From contig SKYC01000051.1 in the NCBI GenBank assembly GCA_007128085.1, forward strand, positions 1 through 25,485: a stretch of 25,485 nt of DNA, read 5' to 3'. The DNA is from Saprospiraceae bacterium (GTDB lineage: Bacteria; Bacteroidota; Bacteroidia; Chitinophagales; Saprospiraceae). The notes beneath the pieces were generated by a model. That model did no database searches. It was not told the DNA's origin and was given only the letters and a program-made list of their open reading frames with translations. This document shows positions 17,558 to 25,485 of this stretch, piece by piece (the first letter of the stretch is position 1; every line of letters begins with the position of its first letter). The translations under genes and the position numbers were made by a program.

Positions 17558-19267
17558 ATGAGTCCAATTGACTGGATAGTATTGTGCGGTGCACTTGCAC
17601 TAATTGTTCTTTACGGCATAATTAAAACGAGGCACATCAAAACTTCCGAAGGGTATTTGCGGGGCGACGGAACCATGCAGTGGTGGCTGATCGGAATTTC
17701 TATAATGGCAACCCAGGCTTCGGCCATTACTTTTTTGTCTACACCCGGTCAGGCCTATGCCGATGGGATGTCTTTTGTGCAGTTTTACTTCGGTCTGCCG
17801 CTCGCCATGGTGCTACTCTGCATTTTTGTGCTGCCCTTGTATTACAAACTTAAGGTGTATACAGCCTACCAGTTTCTGGAATCGCGATTTGATTTGAAAA
17901 CCCGGAGTCTGACCTCCATTTTGTTTTTGATTCAGAGGGGGCTTGCAGCCGGAATTACCATTTATGCTCCATCCATTATACTGTCTACCATTTTGGGTTG
18001 GAACCTCAATCTGACCAACGTCATTATTGGCTTCCTGGTGATTCTCTACACTGTGGCCGGAGGGACTCAGGCGGTCAGTCAGACCCAAAAACAGCAAATG
18101 ATTGTCATCATGACCGGAATGTTTCTGGCTTTTTTCTTTAGCATTCATCTGCTGCCGGAGAACATGGGTTTTAATGATGCGATGTTTATCGCAGGAGAAA
18201 CCGGCCGGTTGAATGTCATTGATTTTGAATTCGACTTGTCCAACAGGTACAATGTGTGGTCGGGACTCATAGGCGGCACGTTTTTATTCCTCTCCTATTT
18301 TGGAACCGACCAGTCTCAGGTTCAGCGCTACCTCTCCGGAAAATCCCTGAACGAGAGCAGAATGGGTTTGATGTTCAACGGCTTGTTTAAAATACCCATG
18401 CAGTTTTTTATTCTTCTGGTAGGGGTGATGGTGTTCGTCTTTTTTCAGTTTCAGCAATCGCCCATGCACTTCAATCCGGCCAATACTGCCATTGTTCTCG
18501 AGTCCGACCGCAGCGATGATTACCTCTTATTGGAGTCGGAGTACCTGGATGTGATAGCGGAGAAAAAAGGCCTGATTCATCAATACACCGATTTGCGTCA
18601 GACTGAGGGAAGAGGGCAGGGAACTGAGGCATTGGCCAATGAAATCCGCGGTTTAATGGATGCGGAGAATCAGTTGAGAGAGGATGCCAGACAACTCATC
18701 AGTCAGGTAGATTCCCGCCTCGACACCAAAGATACCGATTACGTCTTCATTTCTTTTGTATTGAATTATCTTCCAGTCGGCCTGGTAGGTCTGCTTTTAG
18801 CGGTTATTTTTTCTGCGGCCATGTCTTCCACTGCATCAGAGCTCAATGCACTCTCAACCACTACGGTGGTGGATTTGTACAAGAGAAATTTTGCAAAGGA
18901 AAAATCGGACAACCACTATCTGAGAGCCTCAAAGGGTTTTACTATTTTGTGGGGACTGATTGCATTGGCCTTTGCGACTTTTGCCTCTTTATTTGAAAAT
19001 CTGATCCAGGCTGTCAATATCATTGGATCACTGTTTTACGGAGCCATTTTAGGGGTGTTTGTCGCGGCCTTTTTTATGAAGCATCTCAAAGGGAGGCATA
19101 TATTTCCGGCGACGCTGATTGCAGAAGCCATGGTCATCGGCACCTATTTCCTTGACCGCTACGGTTATATAGAACTGGGGTATTTGTGGTTAAACCTACT
19201 GGGTTGTGTTTTGGTAATGATTGTAGGTCAGGTTATTTACTATCTCTACAAAATCAAATTAAAATAA
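17558..19267 (+). CDS. Sodium:solute symporter (SSS/SLC5 family)
   Basis: SIMATQASAITF, TAYQFLESRF, GTDQSQVQRYL and SAAMSSTASELNALST motifs. I moved the start from the ORF-track call at 17510 to ATG 17558 (MSPIDW). Confidence 0.92.
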   Translation: MSPIDWIVLCGALALIVLYGIIKTRHIKTSEGYLRGDGTMQWWLIGISIMATQASAITFLSTPGQAYADGMSFVQFYFGLPLAMVLLCIFVLPLYYKLKVYTAYQFLESRFDLKTRSLTSILFLIQRGLAAGITIYAPSIILSTILGWNLNLTNVIIGFLVILYTVAGGTQAVSQTQKQQMIVIMTGMFLAFFFSIHLLPENMGFNDAMFIAGETGRLNVIDFEFDLSNRYNVWSGLIGGTFLFLSYFGTDQSQVQRYLSGKSLNESRMGLMFNGLFKIPMQFFILLVGVMVFVFFQFQQSPMHFNPANTAIVLESDRSDDYLLLESEYLDVIAEKKGLIHQYTDLRQTEGRGQGTEALANEIRGLMDAENQLREDARQLISQVDSRLDTKDTDYVFISFVLNYLPVGLVGLLLAVIFSAAMSSTASELNALSTTTVVDLYKRNFAKEKSDNHYLRASKGFTILWGLIALAFATFASLFENLIQAVNIIGSLFYGAILGVFVAAFFMKHLKGRHIFPATLIAEAMVIGTYFLDRYGYIELGYLWLNLLGCVLVMIVGQVIYYLYKIKLK

Positions 19268-19276
19268 GCCCCGGGG

Positions 19277-20731
19277 ATGAATGAATTGAAAGACAGAATT
19301 CAGAAACTACAAAATTCTTCTTCTTCTTTGCTCGAACCCGATGCCAATATGCGGAGGGAGTGGCTGCAGCAGGTTCAGTGGTATGCAGAAGAGTTTCTGG
19401 AGAGAACCGATACGGGTGCAGCTTATGAGCATCTGGATTCTTCTGCAGCCTTGGAAGTGGGTGGAATGGAGGAATCGGGGATTGGTATGGAAAGGTTGTT
19501 GGAAATATTTGAAGAAGCGGTGGAAAAACCGGGCATCAATCCCGCTTCAGGGGGACACTTGGGGTATATACCGGGGGGCGGTTTGTACAGCGGTGCCCTG
19601 GGTGATTTTTTAGCAGCAGTCACCAATCGATACGCCGGAATTTATTTTGCCAATCCGGGAGCGGTTCGCATGGAACAGCAGATGGTGGATTGGATGAAAA
19701 AAATCCTGGGCATGCCGGAAGATGCTACAGGAAATTTGAGTTCCGGGGGATCGGTGGCTACTCTGACAGCGGTTACTGCGGCGAGAGATTCGAGGAAAAT
19801 CCGGGGAGCTGCTGTTTCAAAATCTGTCGTTTATTCGACTACGCAGGCCCATCACTGCCTCCACAAAGCACTGCGGATTGCCGGATTGGGTGAGGCCCAT
19901 CACCGTGCAGTGTCTCCCGATAAGTCTTTTAAAATGCCGGTGGATCAACTGGAAAAAACCATTGTTGAAGATAGAAAAAAAGGCCTGAATCCCTTCCTGG
20001 TCGTCAGTTCAGCGGGAACTACTGACAGTGGAGTGGTGGATCCCCTTTTGGAAATCGATGAAGTATGTAAAAAGTACGGCCTGTGGCATCATGTCGATGC
20101 GGCCTACGGCGGTTTTTTTGTGTTGGTGGAAAAATTAAAACCCCTGTTTTCCGGCCTGGAAAAAGCGGACTCCATTGTCATAGACCCCCACAAGGGATTG
20201 TTTTTGCCTTACGGGATTGGAGCGGTATTGATCAGAGATTTGGATGCTGTGTTGCAAAGTCATCACTATCAGGCCGGTTATATGCGCGACGCTTACAGTG
20301 CGAATAATCCACTGTCTCCAGCAGATATTTCACCTGAACTTACGAGGCATTTCAGGGGGCTGAGAATGTGGCTTTCTCTAAAACTATCGGGAGTAGACTG
20401 TTTTAGAAAAGCATTGGAGGAAAAACACCTGCTCGCACTTTACTTTTGGGAAAAAATAAAATCTCTAGATTTTGAAACGGCAGATCCTCCGGAATTGTCG
20501 GTTGTTTTGTTCAGATACACCCGGGGTCTGGAGACCGCGGAAATCAATGCATTTAACCAAAAACTGATAGCGGCCTGTCACCGAGATGGCCGCGTTTTTT
20601 TGTCGAGCACCACCATAGATGGAAAGGTTTGGTTGAGGTGCGCCATACTCAGTTTTCGAACCCATCTTAAAACCATTGACCAGGCTCTCCTCATGCTGAC
20701 CGAGCAACTCAAAATGCTTCAGAGTAAGTGA
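19277..20731 (+). CDS. Group II PLP-dependent amino acid decarboxylase (DDC/GAD/HDC family)
   Basis: SSGGSVAT, AHHCLHKA, SAGTTDSG, HVDAAYGG and DPHK (PLP-Lys) motifs. The substrate cannot be determined by eye. Confidence 0.88.
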   Translation: MNELKDRIQKLQNSSSSLLEPDANMRREWLQQVQWYAEEFLERTDTGAAYEHLDSSAALEVGGMEESGIGMERLLEIFEEAVEKPGINPASGGHLGYIPGGGLYSGALGDFLAAVTNRYAGIYFANPGAVRMEQQMVDWMKKILGMPEDATGNLSSGGSVATLTAVTAARDSRKIRGAAVSKSVVYSTTQAHHCLHKALRIAGLGEAHHRAVSPDKSFKMPVDQLEKTIVEDRKKGLNPFLVVSSAGTTDSGVVDPLLEIDEVCKKYGLWHHVDAAYGGFFVLVEKLKPLFSGLEKADSIVIDPHKGLFLPYGIGAVLIRDLDAVLQSHHYQAGYMRDAYSANNPLSPADISPELTRHFRGLRMWLSLKLSGVDCFRKALEEKHLLALYFWEKIKSLDFETADPPELSVVLFRYTRGLETAEINAFNQKLIAACHRDGRVFLSSTTIDGKVWLRCAILSFRTHLKTIDQALLMLTEQLKMLQSK

Positions 20732-20848
20732 AGTTGAAGGAATGGAGTTTTGTAACCGATAGAGTGGTTGAAGAGAATTGGTCTTCTGGTTGTTTTACAG
20801 GCTATTTCTACTTCAATAAATCCCCTGGAAAGTGATGGGCAGGTTCAT

Positions 20849-20880
20849 AAAAAAAGGGCTGCGAAAAATTCACAGCCCTT
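20849..20880 (-). terminator. Intrinsic terminator for DUF2911 (possibly bidirectional)
   Basis: The minus strand reads AAGGGCTGTGAA-TTT-TTCGCAGCCCTT followed by a T-tract: a 12-bp stem with one G-U pair. Confidence 0.75.
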
Positions 20881-20986
20881 GTCGATATGACTTTTATTAT
20901 TGACCATTTTACAATGGAACCGAACCGGATCAGAAAGATTTCGTTTGGCTCAACGCTTTGACCCGGCTAAAAGTCGCATTGAGTTA

Positions 20987-21844
20987 CTACCTGGATGCCT
21001 TGATTTCTTCTATAGTAGCATTATTCATTCGAGGATAACCTTCATTGCCCATTTCTCTGGCCAGTTCCGAAGATCGGTTCAGTGATTTAATGGCATCGTT
21101 GTGCTTGCCCAATTCCATTTCGATAAGGCCTTTGGTCCTCAACACCCAGAAACGCTCCCCGTCCATATCTATGCTTTTATTCATCCACTTCAGAGCCTGC
21201 TCGAGGTCTTTGCCTTCCTGTAGATAGTAATTGGCAGCAACGAAATAGTCTCTTCCGGAAGGTCCGCTGAGTACGCGATCTATATTGGCACTTACTTTAG
21301 AGTCCGTATCCAGCGTAAAAGGAATGCTGATGGAAGTGTTCTCCCAAACCAGAAGAATATCTGCGCCATTGTTGCGCAGGTTATTTACGGTAATGGTAAA
21401 AGTTTCCATAAAGAAATTCTCGTGATGATTGGGATTGACATTGATGACCAATGCGTCCTCTTCCACATCTCTCCCACCGGGAGTATTGTGGCTCAGGTTA
21501 CTGTGAAAGATGACTTCCCACTGCCTTTGACCGGGTACAGTAAACAGAGAGTATGTTCCTGCTTCCAAGGTATTTCCAAGGATCTCTATATCATCGGAAA
21601 AAGTAATTTTGGTGGATGCATTGGCTCCCGTTCTCCACGGCTCATTGTACGCAACCAGGTCGCCGAAGATGACTCTTCCTTTGGCACTGGGTCGGTTGTA
21701 GTCAATGTGAACTTCGCTCAGTCCTACATCATAGGTCACCTTGGCATTGGGACTCGCTGCAGGAGTTGTAAGTTGAGCCTCTGCCTGAGTAATGGAAAAA
21801 AAACAGAAGAAGCCTGCGATAAAAATTGGTAATAAGTTTTTCAT
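20987..21844 (-). CDS. Secreted DUF2911 domain protein with C-terminal TPR-like helices
   Basis: Signal peptide MKNLLPIFIAGFFCFFSITQAEA, then PAASP and YNRPSAKGRVIFGDLVAYNEPWRTGAN. I placed the start at ATG 21844. Confidence 0.88.
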   Translation of the reverse strand: MKNLLPIFIAGFFCFFSITQAEAQLTTPAASPNAKVTYDVGLSEVHIDYNRPSAKGRVIFGDLVAYNEPWRTGANASTKITFSDDIEILGNTLEAGTYSLFTVPGQRQWEVIFHSNLSHNTPGGRDVEEDALVINVNPNHHENFFMETFTITVNNLRNNGADILLVWENTSISIPFTLDTDSKVSANIDRVLSGPSGRDYFVAANYYLQEGKDLEQALKWMNKSIDMDGERFWVLRTKGLIEMELGKHNDAIKSLNRSSELAREMGNEGYPRMNNATIEEIKASR

Positions 21845-21918
21845 AATTGTAAAGTTTATTGTGTTAGAAAAATTTGAAATTAAAAATATAAACAATGGTT
21901 TAGAAATTTTGATTCTAA

Positions 21919-22941
21919 TTAATCAAAAAAAGAATCGTACTGATTGTTGTCGTTTTTTTTGTTTTTTTCCGGATGCCTGTCGGGGATTTTTAATTCTCTA
22001 TCTGATTTTGGTGACTCTTTTAAAAGTTCTTCCTTTTCCTTTCCCAGTAATAAAGAGTCTCCGCGTTTTTCCCAGTCCTCCAGCATGGCCAGCCCCCGCT
22101 CCTCAAATATGCCTTTCTGCAAATCAATCGATGACATGAAGTTTTCAGAGAGCTTCATAAATTGCTCCATCTCGCCCACTTTTTCAGCCACATCATCCGC
22201 CACAGCATCCAATGCCCTGTCAAATGTAATTCGCTGATCGGTATTTCCGCTGATAATATTCATGGCCGATTGCATGGCCGAGTGGCCGGCGTGAATAATT
22301 TCTCTTTCTTTTTCTTTTATTTCTATTTGATCTTCAATATCTTCTACCAGGATGGATGAATTTTCATACATCTTATGCAGGACTTTGTATAACAATTCCA
22401 TTTTTTGGTGCAACTCTTCCAGCTTTAGGTTGGAGTCTTTTAACCGGCCGGCTCTTCTGGATTTTAGAATGACCACCGACCTCTCGTCTGTTTCTCGGGC
22501 CTCATTTACAAGGTGGAGATTGGATTCAATGTCTTTTTTATTCAAGTGAATTTGCTCATGCAACAGATGCATTTGCCCCCTCAGCTTGCCCATTTGTCGG
22601 TACATGGTTTTTAAGTTTTTACGCAGGTCTGACAGGTAGCCTTTGAGTATCCCGATGGGGTCGAGTTGAATAAACAGACCGGTAAACCAACGCATTACGT
22701 TTTGATACATGTAAAAGATGAGGGTGCGCATTTTGGTATCCAACAGAATGTAAGCAAGTGAAGCGAAAATGAGTAGGAATAAACTCAACCACAGTATGTT
22801 TTCTGCAAGCATTACCAAAACCGGTAAAAAGGTGTAGAGAGCAAAAAGTCCACCACCTACCAACACCAATAGAATAATGGATCCAACGACTCCTTCGGGT
22901 CTTTTCCAGAAATTACTCCTCGATGGCAAGCTGTTTTCCAT
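21919..22941 (-). CDS. Hypothetical protein: N-terminal TM hairpin plus long coiled coil, possibly PspA/IM30-like
   Basis: 340-aa ORF. Hydrophobic segments at about aa 17-45 and 48-67, then a heptad-rich helical region starting at LDP. The PspA similarity is inferred by eye. Confidence 0.75.
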   Translation of the reverse strand: MENSLPSRSNFWKRPEGVVGSIILLVLVGGGLFALYTFLPVLVMLAENILWLSLFLLIFASLAYILLDTKMRTLIFYMYQNVMRWFTGLFIQLDPIGILKGYLSDLRKNLKTMYRQMGKLRGQMHLLHEQIHLNKKDIESNLHLVNEARETDERSVVILKSRRAGRLKDSNLKLEELHQKMELLYKVLHKMYENSSILVEDIEDQIEIKEKEREIIHAGHSAMQSAMNIISGNTDQRITFDRALDAVADDVAEKVGEMEQFMKLSENFMSSIDLQKGIFEERGLAMLEDWEKRGDSLLLGKEKEELLKESPKSDRELKIPDRHPEKNKKNDNNQYDSFFD

Positions 22942-23026
22942 GTCCTAAAAGAATATATTTACGTTTTGTTTATTTGTTTTTACGTTTCGGTGCTTCAACG
23001 ACCCCATGGGTTGATTGGTCTCAATT

Positions 23027-23734
23027 TTAATCGAGGTAGTCGTTAAAGTTCTCGAGGTCCTTTTTAATTTTTGATTTCAAAAACCGAAGTGAACCTTTAA
23101 AGTCTGCAGCGGTTTTTTCAATTTTTTCCCGCTGATCGTTGAGTTCCTGTTTTTCAGTACTTATTTTTTGTTCTAACTGACGAATCTCTTCCTGTATTTT
23201 TTCGATTTCGGATTGTTTGGCAAAAATCTCGTCCCTCAGCTTCTTTATTTCCTCCTTTTTATTGTTGATGCGCAACTGTCTCTGCGATCCCAGGGTTCTG
23301 TCAAACTTATTTTGCTCCTCATCCAATACCGTGAGAAAATAGCGGGCAGATTTCATCAGCGCCTCTTTGTCTACACCTCGGTTTGAAGCAATGGCAAAAG
23401 CGGTTTCGTATTTGGTTTTTTGATCAAAATCCAAGTGGTTGAGAGACTTTATATTCTGCTTAAAATCGAGGTATACTGATTCCTTTTCCGCAGCGGCCTT
23501 CATGGCATTGATGAGAATGGAAAGGAATTCACTGGAGGGCTTTCCCGGATTCAATTCCCCCTCCTCCTCCTTGTCTGTTTCAACAGTCCGCTCCGGCGGC
23601 TTTTGCGATTCGGGGGGAGACATATCACTGGGGGCAGAAGTGTCTGATTTTGGAACTTCCACTAAAAACAAAGACTTTATCCTGTCGATTAAGCTGCTCA
23701 TATGGTTTTTAAATAGCTGGTCAAAATTAGTCAT
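23027..23734 (-). CDS. Hypothetical coiled-coil protein with an N-terminal amphipathic helix
   Basis: 235-aa ORF (alternative start 23701, MSSLIDRIKSLF), with a Pro/Ser/Glu-rich linker, a helical domain and a C-terminal E/K/Q-rich coiled coil. Confidence 0.75.
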   Translation of the reverse strand: MTNFDQLFKNHMSSLIDRIKSLFLVEVPKSDTSAPSDMSPPESQKPPERTVETDKEEEGELNPGKPSSEFLSILINAMKAAAEKESVYLDFKQNIKSLNHLDFDQKTKYETAFAIASNRGVDKEALMKSARYFLTVLDEEQNKFDRTLGSQRQLRINNKKEEIKKLRDEIFAKQSEIEKIQEEIRQLEQKISTEKQELNDQREKIEKTAADFKGSLRFLKSKIKKDLENFNDYLD

Positions 23735-23833
23735 TATTTAGCAAACCACTTAAAATTGAGCCTTGTTTATAGCGGACACTTGCAGTTTGACCACAATCGA
23801 TGGTTCCCGGGATGAAAAATGTACTTTATTTGT

Positions 23834-23841
23834 TACTTTTG
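23834..23841 (+). promoter_or_regulatory. -7 element TACTTTTG upstream of arcA
   Basis: Exact TAnnTTTG 110 nt upstream of ATG 23952. Confidence 0.45.
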
Positions 23842-23951
23842 AGTTTTTAAAATCAGACCCTTTACAATAGACAACTGATAGCCAAATTGAGATGAGGGTC
23901 GTAGCTTGTATCTCGGACCCGCAGTCATAAGTTTACTTAAAATTTAAATCA

Positions 23952-25214
23952 ATGAAAGAGCTTTTTCCAAAAGTCACTTCAGAAATAGGCCTTTTAAAAA
24001 AGGTGATTGTTCACAGGCCCGAAGCTGGCATTGCACGGGTTACGCCCAAGCGTGCATCCGAGCTGCTGTTTGACGATATTGTATTTCTGCCCAAGATGCA
24101 GGAAGAGCACGATGTGTTTACCAGTATTCTGGAACTGTTCATCGGGTCTGAAAATGTTATTACCATACAAAAACTACTACAGGAGGCCCTGGAGGCTGAC
24201 AATGAACTCAGAGAAGAGTTCATTGATATGGTTTTTGACTACGAAGAAGTCCCCGATAAATTCAAGCCGTATCTCGAGGATTTGGGGGTGACCGAGTTGT
24301 CGGAAACACTGATATCCGGATACCTGAAAAAGGAAAAGAGATATCTCTTTGACCCCGTTCCCAATCTCATTTTCACCAGAGACATCGCCGTTGCCATAAA
24401 CGAACATATGCTTATCACCAAAGCGGCCAAGGCGGCGCGCTTTAGAGAAAATCTGCTGACCCGGTATATTTTTCACGCTCATCCTCAGTTGGCGCACCTG
24501 AAGGGAGCAGGGAAAATAATCAACCTCAATATTCTCAATGACTTCCCCCCCTCTCCCAATGGGTATCCTGTTTCTGTCGAGGGAGGCGATGTGATGGTTC
24601 TCAATAAGGATTATTTGCTGGTGGGCAATTCTGAGCGAACCACGGAGTATTCTATTCAGAGCCTGATGGAGATTTTGTTTGAGAAAAAAGTGGTTAAAAA
24701 TGTGGTTCAGATCAACATTCCTTTTGAGCGATCGTATATGCACATCGACACTTTGTTTACCCAGGTCAATCACCGGCACTTTGTCGGTTTTACCCCCATT
24801 ATCGAAGAGGGAAAAAGGTCGGATGTACTGGTACACAGCGTTGATGGCAGTCGCCGTTCTTACCGCTCCGTAATGGAGTTTCTCAAAACAGAAATATCCG
24901 GTGAAATCGAATTGATTCCCGCGGGAATGGGGAAGTCGCCCTATCAGGAAAGGGAGCAATGGACGGACGGTTGCAATCTGGTGGCCATAAAGCCCGGTGT
25001 CGCCATTTCTTATGAGAGGAACCCATTTACGGAAAAGGCTTTCCGGGAGTTTGGTTACACGATTGTGTCTGCGCGGGATTTATTGAAAAAAGTGAAGAGC
25101 GGGAAACTCGAGCCCTCCGAAATTGAACAAACCATAATTACCATTGATTCCGGTGAACTCTCCAGAGCGAGGGGTGGTTCGCACTGTATGACCTGTCCGA
25201 TTATCAGAGAGTAG
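23952..25214 (+). CDS. arcA: Arginine deiminase family protein
   Basis: SEIGLLKKVIVHRP, LLFDDI, PNLIFTRD, EGGD, MHIDT and ELSRARGGSHCMTCP (catalytic Cys) motifs. Confidence 0.85.
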   Translation: MKELFPKVTSEIGLLKKVIVHRPEAGIARVTPKRASELLFDDIVFLPKMQEEHDVFTSILELFIGSENVITIQKLLQEALEADNELREEFIDMVFDYEEVPDKFKPYLEDLGVTELSETLISGYLKKEKRYLFDPVPNLIFTRDIAVAINEHMLITKAAKAARFRENLLTRYIFHAHPQLAHLKGAGKIINLNILNDFPPSPNGYPVSVEGGDVMVLNKDYLLVGNSERTTEYSIQSLMEILFEKKVVKNVVQINIPFERSYMHIDTLFTQVNHRHFVGFTPIIEEGKRSDVLVHSVDGSRRSYRSVMEFLKTEISGEIELIPAGMGKSPYQEREQWTDGCNLVAIKPGVAISYERNPFTEKAFREFGYTIVSARDLLKKVKSGKLEPSEIEQTIITIDSGELSRARGGSHCMTCPIIRE

Positions 25215-25258
25215 TGAAGACATGTGCGAACTTTTTTTATTTGAAAAATTATGGCTGC

Positions 25259-25301
25259 GATTGATGGAAATAAGTTGCCTTTGATTTTCTGAATGTATTC
25301 A
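25259..25301 (+). repeat. Copy B of the 43-bp dispersed non-coding motif
   Basis: 35/43 ungapped identity with 7794-7836. Confidence 0.75.
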
Positions 25302-25401
25302 CGGTCGGCCTGGTTGCGTGATTCTTTTCGGTGAAGGGGGCGGCCCCTTAAATAGAATTCGACTTAAAATCAGATTTCCCACGGAGTTTCGTTAAAGTCT
25401 T

Positions 25402-25409
25402 TAACTTTG
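25402..25409 (+). promoter_or_regulatory. -7 element TAACTTTG for a transcript running off the right edge
   Basis: Exact TAnnTTTG in intergenic DNA. The downstream gene or RNA is not visible. Confidence 0.5.
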
Positions 25410-25485
25410 CATTTTTTTAAGGCAGAGTGGATTGGTGGAGACCTATTCGATGGGGAGTTGAAACCATGAATGAGTGCCAATTTCT

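Noticed and set aside
19316-19327. (TCT)4 microsatellite in the decarboxylase 5' region
   Set aside because: It is short, in frame (poly-Ser), and gives no sign of phase variation.
19277-20731. PLP enzyme as the EgtE C-S lyase
   Set aside because: The HVDAAYGG and DPHK motifs indicate a group II decarboxylase, not a class V aminotransferase/cysteine desulfurase type.
23888-23920. Apparent pseudoknot or riboswitch in the arcA leader (GAGAT/ATCTC crossing GGGTC/GACCC)
   Set aside because: The stems are only 5-7 bp, the loop lengths do not fit an H-type pseudoknot, and there is no match to guanidine or other riboswitch consensus I know.
25410-25485. G-rich stretch after the last -7 element as a riboswitch, tRNA or ncRNA; ATG at 25466
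   Set aside because: It is truncated by the window edge and matches no consensus I recognise (TPP, cobalamin, SAM, FMN, ZTP, glycine, tRNA).
1-25485. CRISPR arrays, tRNA/rRNA genes, IS elements, prophage genes
   Set aside because: I saw no regularly spaced repeats, cloverleaf or rRNA signatures, transposases or integrases.

Overview
A 25.5 kb chromosomal segment that looks like Bacteroidota. The clues are TAnnTTTG -7 promoter elements, A-rich start contexts without Shine-Dalgarno sites, and typical families such as DUF2911, PadR-PspC and large PIG-L proteins. It holds 19 supportable CDSs: an MMPL/RND transporter; an S10 carboxypeptidase; a FixL-like heme-PAS kinase with a REC-Crp/Fnr regulator; a CrtA-like carotenoid oxygenase; a rhodanese lipoprotein; DUF885; padR-pspC; an alpha/beta-hydrolase-OsmC fusion followed by egtB; a divergent four-gene operon (PIG-L deacetylase, 51-aa membrane protein, sodium:solute symporter, group II PLP decarboxylase); DUF2911; two uncharacterised coiled-coil proteins; and an arginine deiminase. 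I saw no tRNA, rRNA, CRISPR array or transposase. The main leads are: (1) a transmembrane-anchored PspA/ESCRT-III-like protein with a coiled-coil partner; (2) a 43-bp non-coding motif present twice, 17.5 kb apart, with Crp/Fnr TGA-N6-TCA geometry, in the same window as an apparent O2-sensing FixL/REC-Crp pair; (3) a type II-like EgtB without egtD, transcribed with a hydrolase-OsmC fusion and divergent from a deacetylase/symporter/decarboxylase operon. All assignments come from motif recognition by eye and remembered reference sequences; no database search was run.
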